60,000 bases of DNA from contig MU054338.1 in NCBI GenBank assembly GCA_013239625.1, forward strand, positions 560,001-620,000, in the 5' to 3' direction. Origin of the DNA: Lama guanicoe (Eukaryota). The notes below the pieces were generated by a model. The model worked only from the letters and a program-made list of their open reading frames with translations. It was not told the origin of the DNA and did no database searches. The position numbers and the translations under genes are program-made. How positions within the stretch are numbered: position 1 is the first letter of the stretch; each line of letters begins with the position of its first letter. Of the stretch, positions 24,601-33,200 are shown in pieces.

Positions 24601-26519
24601 GTGCCGGCGCCCGCTCTAACCCAGGAATTCTGTTCCAGAAACACACCCCCAGGGACCAATCCATGACGGGGGAGGAAAACACAGCATCCCTATTTATAGC
24701 GGCAGAAAACTGGAATTGCCCCAAAGGCCCAACAATAGGGAAATCATTACGCAAACGATGGCATGCTGGGAAGAAGGAATCCCGCAGCGTCGGTCGCGAA
24801 GAACTGCATGCAGGCTCAGAGCCTCCAAAACTGCTCCCCGAGGAGTGGCACCGGGGCACCTGTGAGGCACTGAGGGGATGGGTGGGTGGACAGAGGCTCG
24901 GGGGGGAGGTGGGGGACGTGGAGTGTCAGGGACGTGTGGGCACGGCTGCCACGGGAAGGGGAGGAGAGGGAGGAGGCTGGGATGGCACAGCGGGCCCTGG
25001 GACCCTGGCTGGAGGCGCTGGACGTCAGCCAAGGCTCTGGAGTTGCAAGCAGTGTCCTCAGTTGGCACCATTTTCACCCCCTCCCCGATGACTTGCAAGG
25101 CCCCTCCGTGCAACTCTGCACCCAGCACCCGGGCTCCATTAGGTCAGGACCCCGAGTGGACACAGCCAGGCCGGGGGCGGACTCCGGGCTTGCGCACCTC
25201 TGCGCCCCTTGCTGATGCAACAGTCCTGGGCTTGGGGCGCCTCCTGACGGTCCTGGGTATTCGACCTGGAGTTCCACTCGGCCCTGGAGGCCCATGACCA
25301 GCTTCCCCAAAACCCAAGCTGCGTTCTCGCCCCGCCCCCCTCACCCGCCCTATCCCCGCAGGACCGAGGGGACAGAGCAGCTGATGCTTTACTGGACGAC
25401 GGCCTGGGCGTCACTGCTGCTCCCCGTGCTGCCCTCGGTGCCCACAACCCACCTCCCCTCCCGGCCGCCAGGCAGCTTGGGCCTCTCCACCCAGAAACTC
25501 GGGCTGCCTTCTCTTCTACGGAGAAAGAGCCCCAGCTCTGAACGCTCCAGACCTGACTTGCTGGAGGGTTCTGGACCTTTCTCTTCACGTAGCCTCTGGT
25601 GCCCAGTGCAATATGAGGAGCCCCCCCAACCCTGGTCATTTTATCGCTGATGGGACTTTACTACAGCCGGCAACACTCAGAAGCAAGCACGCTGTCCCTC
25701 AGTAGGAGGACAGATAAACCAACCACAGGGTGTCCAGACGCTGGACTGTTACTCGCTGCAGAGAAGAAGGGGGCCATCGAGCCACGAGAAGACACGGAGG
25801 AACCCTGAGTGCACACGACTAAGTGGGAGAAGCGGGTCTGAGGAGGCTGCACACTGTGAGCCCACGCTGGGGCGCTCTGGAGACGTGGACAGGTCTGTGG
25901 TCACGGGGCGGGGGAGGGATGAACAGGGGACTTTCAGGGCAGTGAGGCCCCCGTGAGGTGGTGCGGCAGTGGGTATTTGACATCTAGTAAAACCCACGGT
26001 TCACCCAACATCGCAGGTGAACCCGAGTGTCACGGTGGACTTCAGTCAGTGACACTGGACCAGTGCAGCCTCATCAGCTACAACATGGTGCGCTCATCAG
26101 GGCAAGACATCAGTGACGGGGATCTGGGGGATGGGAACTCTCTGTGCGCTTCCCCCACAAACCCGACGCCGCTTAAGAAATAAAGCCTAATAAACTACGA
26201 AGAAAAACGCGTGTCAGCAGAGCGGGCCGGCCGCGGGGCCTCAGCCCTCCCGTCTGGCAGGCGCAGGCAGCGGCCGGGCCAGGGGTCTCCGGGGGCGGGG
26301 GGTGCTGAGGCCGCTGCAGAAGAAGCCTAACCTGGGGGGAGCTCGGCGGTGCCGGAGGCCCTGGGGGCCCGCCCCGCGCCACTGGGGTTGGGGGCTCACC
26401 TGGACGCCAGACCCGCACAGCGGGGCCTGCAGGGGCGGCGGGCTGTAAAGGACACTGCCGGCTGGTGGGGGCTCGTGCTGCGGGAACTCCCCGTCCATAG
26501 CGGGCCGCGCTGCCAGCAT
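562..26519 (-). CDS. SBNO2: SBNO2 (strawberry notch homolog 2), spliced CDS span; coding exons 2-17 present, 3' part lies beyond the left edge
   Basis: Joined exons translate [22 protein letters not shown]...[11 protein letters not shown] (Walker A)...IVFDECH (DExH)...YASATG (motif III)...[10 protein letters not shown], matching recalled mammalian SBNO2. GT-AG boundaries with consistent phases at every junction except the exon 11 donor. Adjacent to STK11 as in human. Confidence 0.97.
1421..1518 (-). CDS. SBNO2: SBNO2 coding exon 16 ([33 protein letters not shown])
   Basis: Acceptor ccccacag|TGC, donor GA|gtgagt, 98 nt. Confidence 0.95.
2043..2219 (-). CDS. SBNO2: SBNO2 coding exon 15 ([39 protein letters not shown]...LARDK)
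   Basis: Acceptor cattgcag|TGG, donor AAG|gtgcgc, 177 nt. Conserved [16 protein letters not shown] strawberry-notch motif. Confidence 0.96.
2924..3077 (-). CDS. SBNO2: SBNO2 coding exon 14 ([34 protein letters not shown]...RAALL)
   Basis: Acceptor catctgcag|G, donor CTG|gtgagt, 154 nt. Confidence 0.96.
3476..3581 (-). CDS. SBNO2: SBNO2 coding exon 13 ([34 protein letters not shown])
   Basis: Acceptor ctcccccag|GT, donor AG|gtgtgc, 106 nt. Confidence 0.95.
3824..3941 (-). CDS. SBNO2: SBNO2 coding exon 12 ([39 protein letters not shown]), helicase motifs II and III
   Basis: Acceptor gccccag|ATC preceded by the U12-type branch point TCCTTAAC, donor G|gttagg, 118 nt. Confidence 0.95.
3957..3964 (-). 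other. U12 (minor spliceosome)-type branch point TCCTTAAC, ending 15 nt before exon 12
   Basis: The minus strand reads cagTCCTTAACccacacctgccccag|ATC: exact U12 branch consensus at typical spacing. Confidence 0.75.
5421..5564 (-). CDS. SBNO2: SBNO2 coding exon 11 ([47 protein letters not shown]), 3' boundary uncertain
   Basis: Acceptor ctccccag|ATC is clear. The end is placed by the expected 144-nt length, but no GT/AT donor is present there (see findings). Confidence 0.85.
5721..5811 (-). CDS. SBNO2: SBNO2 coding exon 10 ([30 protein letters not shown])
   Basis: Acceptor ccccag|G, donor AAG|gtgggt, 91 nt. Confidence 0.94.
5891..6024 (-). CDS. SBNO2: SBNO2 coding exon 9 ([44 protein letters not shown]), Walker A
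   Basis: Acceptor ccgcag|CAA, donor TG|gtgagt, 134 nt. Confidence 0.96.
6134..6288 (-). CDS. SBNO2: SBNO2 coding exon 8 ([51 protein letters not shown])
   Basis: Acceptor ctcctccag|CC, donor CAG|gtgatt, 155 nt. Confidence 0.95.
6727..6823 (-). CDS. SBNO2: SBNO2 coding exon 7 ([32 protein letters not shown]), acidic tract
   Basis: Donor AAGT|gtgagt is clear. The acceptor could be any of three in-frame CAGs, giving an exon start at 6823, 6817 or 6811. Confidence 0.88.
7086..7169 (-). CDS. SBNO2: SBNO2 coding exon 6 ([28 protein letters not shown])
   Basis: Acceptor ccccctgcag|CTG, donor CAG|gtgagc, 84 nt, phase 0/0. STPLLVSYQ matches recalled SBNO2. Confidence 0.92.
7335..7612 (+). mobile_element. 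LINE-1 3' end fragment (laurasiatherian L1 / L1MA9-like) with AATAAA and short A tail
   Basis: AT-rich island ending ...tgtatctcaataaaactggaaggaaaaaa, a typical L1 3'UTR terminus. Confidence 0.7.
8632..8758 (-). mobile_element. MER20 (hAT-Charlie) relic, internally deleted
   Basis: cagggtctc...cagcactgtggacatt... and ...ggggcagaatcacc...gagaaccagt resemble both MER20 termini. Confidence 0.6.
9031..9192 (-). CDS. SBNO2: SBNO2 coding exon 5 ([54 protein letters not shown])
   Basis: Acceptor tcttccag|GAC, donor AAG|gtcagt, 162 nt. Confidence 0.95.
9262..9630 (+). mobile_element. L1MB-like LINE-1 3'UTR fragment (shared-core copy A)
   Basis: gagagaagcagacaca...gtccagaacaggccagtccacag...gtcaggggctgggg...catcaataaagctg plus A tail. 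Confidence 0.75.
13171..13257 (-). CDS. SBNO2: SBNO2 alternative first coding exon ([29 protein letters not shown]), short isoform
   Basis: ATG at 13257, donor AAG|gtaacc, 87 nt, phase 0, joins exon 5 in frame. Resembles the recalled N-terminus of human isoform 2 (MREPLP...TMSQLQLWLQFEALNK). Confidence 0.85.
13258..13450 (-). promoter_or_regulatory. Putative internal promoter / 5'UTR of the short SBNO2 isoform
   Basis: Locally CpG-rich. Octamer ATTTGCAT 13306-13313, AP-1-like TTAGTCA ~13320, ETS/PU.1-like GAGGGGAAGT 13339-13348 (-), GAS-like TTTCCTGAAA 13361-13370 (-). Confidence 0.55.
14325..15015 (+). mobile_element. L1MB-like LINE-1 ORF2 end/3'UTR fragment (shared-core copy B)
   Basis: Runs from agggaaatgcaaatcaaaacc (L1 ORF2 3' end) through the shared core to ...gtatgtgaattttgcctcaatttaaaaaa. 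Confidence 0.78.
15018..15180 (+). mobile_element. tRNA-derived SINE (camelid Vic-1-like), inserted in the L1 A tail
   Basis: A box TAGCTCAGTGG, B box GGTTCAATCC, no CCA/acceptor stem, (AAAT)n tail; possible TSD aaaaaagc. Confidence 0.85.
15620..15955 (+). mobile_element. MLT1 (ERVL-MaLR) solo LTR, degraded
   Basis: gtgaagacagaggcagagg...ccccagaaccacgagggatgagtctgtggttttaggcc resembles MLT1A/B/C. Confidence 0.55.
16770..17200 (+). mobile_element. L1MB-like LINE-1 3'UTR fragment (shared-core copy C)
   Basis: gccaaaaggtagaaacaacccgaatgtccatcaatagatgaa, then the shared core, then gtgatggaatgttctggaattagaggtgatggttgcacaac. Confidence 0.78.
18300..18740 (-). mobile_element. MLT1D-like MaLR solo LTR
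   Basis: ggctgaaaacaacacacgtttattac...ggaggccagaagtcc...cctgcctcttccagcttctagagg...ccttaacttaatcccacctgcag. Confidence 0.75.
19740..20075 (-). mobile_element. MLT1A/C-like MaLR LTR fragment, GC-shifted
   Basis: caaggaccctcactgggtttagggccaccc...cacctgcaaagaccctatctcc...gatctggatttggggggacattgtcaccaca. Confidence 0.55.
20975..21086 (-). CDS. SBNO2: SBNO2 coding exon 4 ([37 protein letters not shown])
   Basis: Acceptor tctgcttccag|C, donor CAG|gtagga, 112 nt, phase 2/0. Confidence 0.92.
21285..21420. mobile_element. L2 LINE fragment
   Basis: cttttgcacaggccattccttggcctgg...aactcctatttacccttcaaaacccagctc resembles the L2 3' region. Confidence 0.5.
21698..21771 (-). CDS. SBNO2: SBNO2 coding exon 3 ([24 protein letters not shown])
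   Basis: Acceptor ccgttgcag|AAC, donor CA|gtaagt, 74 nt, phase 0/2. Confidence 0.92.
23515..23800 (+). repeat. Degenerate tandem triplication, 116-bp period, each unit with a CCAAT box (LTR16-like segment)
   Basis: CCAATCAGA at 23524, 23640 and 23756, each followed by (g)ggattt..cac(t/c)tg. Units 1 and 2 also share gagggcatgcc. Confidence 0.75.
23893..24068 (+). mobile_element. MER53 (palindromic hAT MITE)
   Basis: tagggcggcagataaagtacaggac...tttatttgctaaatctggccacctta; AT-rich with an internal inverted repeat. Confidence 0.8.
25640..26200 (+). mobile_element. L1MC-like LINE-1 3'UTR fragment, strongly GC-shifted
   Basis: ccatcgagccacgagaagacacggaggaaccctgagtgcacacgactaagtgggagaagc...gggaactctctgtgc...ttaagaaataaagcc. 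Confidence 0.65.
26400..26519 (-). CDS. SBNO2: SBNO2 first coding exon (exon 2, whole exon 26400-26591): [40 protein letters not shown]
   Basis: Acceptor cttccccag|G at 26591, ATG at 26519, donor CAG|gtgagc at 26400, phase 0. Sits in a small CpG island (~26200-26600). Confidence 0.9.
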
Positions 26520-28799
26520 CGGGCGGCTCCGCGACCCGGGCCGCAGGGGCATCTATCTGGGCTTCTTGCTCCGCGGCGGCGGCATCACGACCTGGGGAAG
26601 GACAAGAGCATTTTGAGGCTGCTCTCTGACCCTCCTAGGGACAAGGGACAGAGGGCAGGCTCGCACACAGGGAGCAGGGTTGGGGCGGAGGGGCCCCCAA
26701 GCTCTGCCTCCGTTGAGCTGAACCACACAGACCTGCACGCGCCTGCCCGGCCGCCCCACCCACGCAGAGCAGAGATGCCCCAACTCCAATGCTGCCAGGG
26801 TGCCCCCTCAACTCCCCGGCCTCCTGGGAGCTGTGCTGGGGAGAGGGAGTTCCCTTGGCGGCCATGGTGGGACTCCTGGTCCAGGCTCATAGCCACGAGA
26901 GGCCCCACCCACCCACTGCCCCTCCTGGGAACACTGGGACTGGACCTCTGGAAAGGGGACACCTTGCCCCTCCCGCCCTTGTTCTCAGGTTGCCTGAATA
27001 ACGTGACCACGGGGGCAGCTCCCACCACCCACGAAGAGGGCCTGGACCCCCGGGGACCCCAGTGTGAGCAGCTGAGCTGCACCCCCGGCACCTCTGAGCT
27101 GGGGCACCTGCCTGGCCCTCGGCCAGCCCTGTCCCTCTGCCTCAGGTCAGGCACGCTGAGGGTCTCTGGGCAGTGGGGGCCAAGCTGAGGCCCCAGAACC
27201 TGGTTGAGGCTAAGGATGCACGGGGTCCCCACCGAGAACGCGGCAGACCCTAAGCCAGCGCGCACAATTCCCAGCTCTTCCCACCCGCCTATGACTCAGG
27301 TCCCCCAGGCCCCACTGCCCGCAACAGACAGCAGGGTCCCTGGGCGGCCAAGTGCCCCTCAGGGAGCAGCTCCAAGACATTAATCACCCAGGGAGGCAGG
27401 AAAGGGAGGCGGCTGCCACTCCCAGCCCAGCCCTGAATGAAGAAATCCTCAGGACTTCCAGTAATCACTGCTGCACTCAGGCAGCTTGTGCAATCCCGTG
27501 GGGGCGGGGCGGGCAGCCTTCTCCCGGGCCCTGGCCCCTGCCACACTCCTCACCCCGAGGCCCAGAGGGAAAGGGGCCCAGAGGCCAGGCTGCAGCCCAT
27601 GGAAGCATTCAGACCTTCAAGGAGGCTGCTCAGGACTCCAGCTGGCGCTGCTGGCAGGACACCACTCCCACGGCCCCCAGTCTCCCACAGGCTGACCCAG
27701 CGGGACTCAGGACACCGTGTGAGGGTGGAAGGACAGGGGTCACCCGCAGTGAATGCACGGCTGCTCTGTGACCCGTGGTCTTGGTCAGGCAAACGGCCAA
27801 AGCCCAGCTCAGCTGTCCAAGGCGGGGAAAACTGACAACCAGGACGCTGAGCTCCCCTCAGCCTCAGTGCGCTTGTCTGAGGCTGGGGGTTTGGCGTGTG
27901 TGCTCAAGGCTCAGCAGGACTCGGCAGAGCCCAAGCCCCCAGTTAAGTGACTGCTGCCTTCGTGGAGGACCCAGGAAGCTCCTTGGGGGACCCCACCCCA
28001 TGAAGGGTCTGCCCCAGCACCTGGGACAGAGCTGGGCGAAAAGCTCACAAGCCTGAATGTGGCGCAGGCGACTCGCTCTGTCCCTGGAGTCACCCACCGT
28101 CCCATCTTGGCAGCAAGCACCACCCCCAGGACCTCCCACTGAGCCCTATCGGCATCCCTGCTGCCATGGCGTCCCACTCTTGGCCGCCAGGAGCCTTCAA
28201 AGCCGACCCCCTCCCATTAGCGGGCACTCCACAGAGACTGGGCTGCTCCCCCCAAAGCCCCGTCCAGAGCCCACAACTGAGCAGTATGGTGGGGCATGGG
28301 CAGCTCCCCAGGGACCCATGGGGGACCCCCACCAGCAGCAGGCCCAGCCAGCACGGCGTCCCACGCACCCCGTTCTGAGTGGCAGCCCCAGAGAGCTCAG
28401 GCAACGTATGGTCACCCACCGTCCAGGGCAACACAACCTTTCAGAGGTCTGTCCCTGTAGTGAGGGTTCCAGACCTGCGGGGAGCCATGACTGGGGGGGT
28501 TCTGTGTCACGGCAGGGACGTCCTGTGTTTTCAAAGACAAGATGGGGCATGCCTTGGGGACCCCAAGAGGCTTCTCTGACCAAGCAGGGGTTGAGAATTG
28601 GACCTGGAGGGGATGTGCAGAGGGGAGGGACATGGCTGAGAGTCAACGTGGCTGCTGGGTACCAGGGACACAGATCAGGGCCAAGGAGACACAGTGGGAG
28701 GGGTGTCAAGTGGTGGAGCCTGGGGGTCAGCAGCACCTCGGACGGCGAGGCAGCCACCAAAGACCCAGCAATTCTGTCCCCAGGCTCCCACCCAGGACA

Positions 28800-29135
28800 G
28801 ACAAATGCACGCATCTACGAGAGGCCCACACGTGCACGTCCACGGCAGGCAGCGGGGCTCACAGCCGCCGAAAGGCGGGAGCAATACAAGCGTCCATCGA
28901 TGGAGGATGGACACAGACCGCATCCCTCCACACGCGGAAGCATCGCTCAGCCGTGACCAGGAGAGCAGCCCTGACACCCGCTCCCACGTGGACGGACCCT
29001 GAGAGCACGACGCTCAGGGAGAGAAGCAGACACAGAAGGACACACAGTGTGACTCCATGGATGTGAGACGTCCAGAAGAGGCCAGTCCACAGACACAAAG
29101 TGGATTCCTGATTGTCAGGGGCTGGGGAGGAGGGA
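28800..29135 (+). mobile_element. L1MB-like LINE-1 3'UTR fragment (shared-core copy D)
   Basis: Shared core gagagcagccctgacacccgctcccacgtggacggaccctgagagcacg...gtcaggggctgggg. Confidence 0.75.
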
Positions 29136-30559
29136 CACTGTGCCCACCACCCCCACCCCGGGCCCCCAGGGCCCGTCCCTTGGTGCCCCTCCCCATCATT
29201 TCCCCACCCCACCTCCACAGCCTTGGGCTTCCTGCTCACACTTCCCCCCACCCACCCAGTACTGGGGCAGCCCCCAAACACAGCCCTCCTCCATGTCCCC
29301 GCCTTCCTCCATCCTGCAGTCCTGGGATCAGGACCCTGCCCCCAGCTCCGGAGCTCCAGGGGGTGAACGTGCCACACCCCCAGGGGGCCTTCCGGCCTGG
29401 TCTGGTGGTGGGGAGTGTGACCGGTGGGGGGCACCCAGCGTGGATTTTCAGGCGTGAGTCCCACAGCCTGTGGGGCGGGGTGCTCGCAAGGTGCTCTCGG
29501 GGAGGGGCCTGCCCTTCAGCCTGCTTTGTGCTGCAGGATTTCCTTCTGAGTTCAGGTTTGAATGAGTCGTTGTAAAAGAGAAAGATCAAGGAATTAGGGG
29601 CTGAGACTGGACAACGGGGGAGGAGGGGAGCAGAACGTGGGAAGAGCAACGTCTGGGAGAGCCTGGCCCCTCGGGCGTGCCCAGCTGGCCGCTGACCGCG
29701 GCCACCCCTGCCCCTCTACTGAGCCCGCCTGGCCCTGCCACCCTGGCCAGACCTCAGGTGCCCCCAGGGCTAGCGGCTGGGCCTGTTGGACCCTATTTCC
29801 TCAGGCCCCCCAGGCACCCCCCGGACCCTCTGCCTGGTGGTGCCCAGGCCCTGCTGGCCACTTGATACCTCATCTGTGTCCCCTAGGAACCCCGTCTGCA
29901 GGCATCAGGGACCCACTGGTCTCCCACATGGCACAGGATGGCAGACACCCGGCTACCATCTGCTGGGCTCTGAGCCATGGCCCTGGGGTCCTGGGATGGG
30001 AGAAAAGGCCCTGATGGAAACTGGAGGCCTGGCTAGGCCCCAGCTTAGCCGACCAATATGTCTGGGGACCAATCCCTCTTCACCCAACTGGTTAGAGCCA
30101 GCCTGGGGTCAGTCCCCTGTAGGCGTGCCCAGGTGGGGACACCCTGGAGAGACTCCTCTGCTCCCAGATGGAAATGCCCAGCCGAGAAAGTGTGTGCTGA
30201 AATCAGAGGGATGAAGGGACAGGGGACTGAGCCAACCTCCTGGGGGCACTGGCCCCACACGGAGGTCCGGGCTGGGCTTGTTGGCACAGCTCAGCTCTCA
30301 GGATCCCCAAGGGCATGTGCCCCTGGACACTGGGTCCGCCAGTGCGCCGCAAAGGAAGGGGGAGGGGAGGCGAGGGAAAGGGTTCCGAGGGAGGGTCCCT
30401 CAGGAGCCCTTCTTCACCAACTGACCACTGAGGCCAGGTGCTCAGGTGGGACACACCAGGTTGGGGCAGCTGGTGAACGGTGGGAGGTGGGGATTTGGAG
30501 CAGGGCCCAGGGTGCAGGGGGAGCCTGGTGAGACAGAGGAAGCATACTGGAGAGACTGG

Positions 30560-30930
30560 TTTCCTCCAAGATCACGTCCACCGGGAATCCGGGAACAGGT
30601 CCTCATCTAGAAACAGGGTCTTTGCAAGTGAAATATGTTACAAAATTAGGTACTGCAGTGCAGAGGCCCTGACACAAAGTCTGGTATCTGCGTTAAGACA
30701 GAATCCTGGACTCACACACACAGAGGAGATGGACACAGAGACCGGGGTGATATGACCACGGTCTGAGAGACGCCTGGGGCCCCCAGAAGCTGGAAGAGGC
30801 AGGAAGGACACCTCCCAGCCTGAGACACCTTGCTCTCAGACATCTGGCCTCCAGGACTGTGAGAGAGTAAATCTCTGTGGTTTAAGCCACCCAGTGCGTG
30901 ATCAGCCGTTGTGGCCGTCCGGGGACACTC
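30560..30930 (+). mobile_element. MLT1 MaLR solo LTR
   Basis: gaaacagggtctttgcaagtg...ccagaagctggaagaggcaggaagga...tctggcctccaggactgtgagagagtaaatctctgtggtttaagccacccag. Confidence 0.75.
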
Positions 30931-32989
30931 GGAGAGAAGGGGGAGGCAAACCTCAGCCAGAGCCATCAGAACCCTCAGCTCAAACCCCTGTGACCCCCAC
31001 CCCAGGGCCAGGAGCACCACTGCCTGGGCATGGCTGGCGCCAAGCAGCAACCTGTGGCCTCTACAGGGTTCCCGGGGGCAGGTGGGACGCTGCAGGTCCA
31101 GGGTGCCAAGACGGCAGGGGCCAGCCCCTGTGCACACACCAGCTGGGTGGGAGGGGAGCCCTTCTGTCTGGGACAAAGGACGGGGTGGGTCCCGCTCAGA
31201 TGCCCCGTTTAAGAGCGTACAAGGCCAAGGGCTGAATTTCCAGTTCTGCTGTCAACGGGGTGACAGGCCCTGCAGGGGGCCAGGCTCCCAGCTCTGTTGA
31301 GAGCAGGTTTCTGAAGTGACAAGCCATCTCTTGCAGAACCTCCTGGCCTGCTGGGACATGAAGCCCCCTCCCCCCACGTTGGGGGGCCGCAGCATCAGAG
31401 GCAGCTCGTTCGATGCCTCAGCCCTGGCCTGGGCTGCTCAGCACAAGGCCAAACGGAGGAAGCCACGGTGGGAGGGCAAGTCCACCACCCGTCATCCCCC
31501 TACCCCAAGCCCGAGTGGAAGCAGCAGGGCCAGACCACGTGGGCCCTGGCCCCTGGGGAGCACACAGGTGTCCCCGAATGCTGGCCTCTGTCCGGGACCC
31601 GGGGTCGGGGGCAGCCATGCACCTGACGACAGAGCCAGGCAGGCAAAGCAGGCAGCAGGCGTCAGGGCTCCCCCCACACACCCCAGACCAGCCAGTGGCC
31701 ACGAGGGCAAGGCTGGCTGCGAGCAGAGACTGCAGAACCAGCCCCAGACCCACGTGCTGTGGCCTAGACGAGCGCTTACAGCGTTTACGCAGAAGCGGAG
31801 ACCCTGGGGTGGAGTCCTGGAGGCACAGACGCGGGCCGCCTGTGCCGGCTGCGTCGGAGACCGCGGGCCTGTCCGCCGAGGGCACGGAACACCGCTGCAG
31901 GGTGCTGCACGGCAGGGAGGGTGCTTCCAAAAGAGGTTCGTACACCCAGAGCAGCCGGGCCGCACCTGTAAGGACCTGTTACAGTCCCACAGCCCTCGTG
32001 GGGCACAGCTTGGGGCACCAGGGAGGAATGGGGACCAGGCCAGGGAGTCTCCTCAGTTTCAGCTGGGGACCCTGAGCCTGGGTCTTCCAGGCACGGAGAA
32101 CCCGCTGGCGAGGACAGAGTTCCAGCTGCTGTGCCCGTGGCCCACCCTTGCTGCGGGCGGACCTGTGAACCTCTGCCCACATGGACAGGGGTGGCGAGGC
32201 TGCCCATGGCAGCAGGGCCTCTTCCACGTGGGTTCTTCTGGGAAGAGTGTGCTCAGGGCTTGTGATTACTCATGCTCTTTAAAAGGCTTTACATACACTG
32301 AGCTTGTGGTCTTCTCTGACCCCCAAGTCTTCTTCCCCCAGTGGATGTTAAGCCAATCCCCAGTGGGCTGGACTTCCTGGTCCTTTGACGCTGATTTGCC
32401 CCAGTCTGTCCAGAGTCTGTGAGGAGGGTGGTCTGTGCCTTCTGGAGCTCGCTGCCATCCCTGCTTGATGTCAGGAGAGCCTCTGGCCAGCCAGCATGTC
32501 AGGTCTCTCTAGCCAGCGCCTCGGAGAGCACTGAGCCAGACAGCGGCTGGTGCTGCCCAAGGCCGGGTCGCACTAGTCCTGGGTGAGCAATCCGACCCAT
32601 CAGCACCCTCCTTGAGCTCCTTCAGTCCAGCCTGGTGCCAAGGACATCAGAAGACACCTTCGCCCAAGCCGAAGGGCACCGGTGTCCTGCAGGAGGAAGG
32701 TTCTGCGTGTCCCTGTGCCCACCTCTAAGAAGAGGGCAGATGCCCCCAGTCACAGTAACGGGAACCCCAAGATCCGCCGGCAGAGCCTGGATCTGCTTCT
32801 TCTTCCCCTGAGATGAGTGCCCACAAACTCAGAAGCCCAGGCCAGCTCGCCGGCCCGCAGCGCCAGGTCTCACGAGGCCCCAGGCTCAGCTCTCATCCTG
32901 TCGGCAGGGCCGAGGGCAACTCTGCGCCGGTGGTGGGCCAGGCCACCCCACCTCTGCAGCTAGCAGCAGCACATGGGGCCCCAGAGCTT

Positions 32990-33200
32990 TGCCTCCCAAG
33001 CCCCTTTCAGCCTCCAGTGGAGGAAGTCCTCTGCGTCTACAGACACTTGTGAGGACACGGGGTCCCCCGGCAATCCAGGGTCACCCCCATCTCAGGGGCC
33101 TTAACTTAACCCCACCTGCGGAGTCCCTTTGTGTGTGAGGTGACATGTCTGCAGGTCCCAGGACCAGGACAGGGTGTCCCTGGGGCCATTACGAAGACAA
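32990..33200 (-). mobile_element. MLT1D-like LTR fragment
   Basis: aatccagggtcacccccatctc...gccttaacttaac cccacctgc; nearly identical to the segment at 18604-18650. Confidence 0.6.

Noticed and set aside
28057..28956. 299-aa + strand ORF
   Set aside because: Runs into an L1 3'UTR relic, has no recognisable domain, and is antisense intronic.
6936..32244. Scattered perfect GAS motifs TTCNNNGAA (6936, 7750, 16295, 32236)
   Set aside because: Tempting for a STAT3-induced gene, but this many is within chance for the length and they are not clustered.
31316..32422. 368-aa + strand ORF antisense within SBNO2 intron 1
   Set aside because: GTG start, Pro/Gly/Arg/Ala-rich, no recognisable domain; expected by chance at this GC content.
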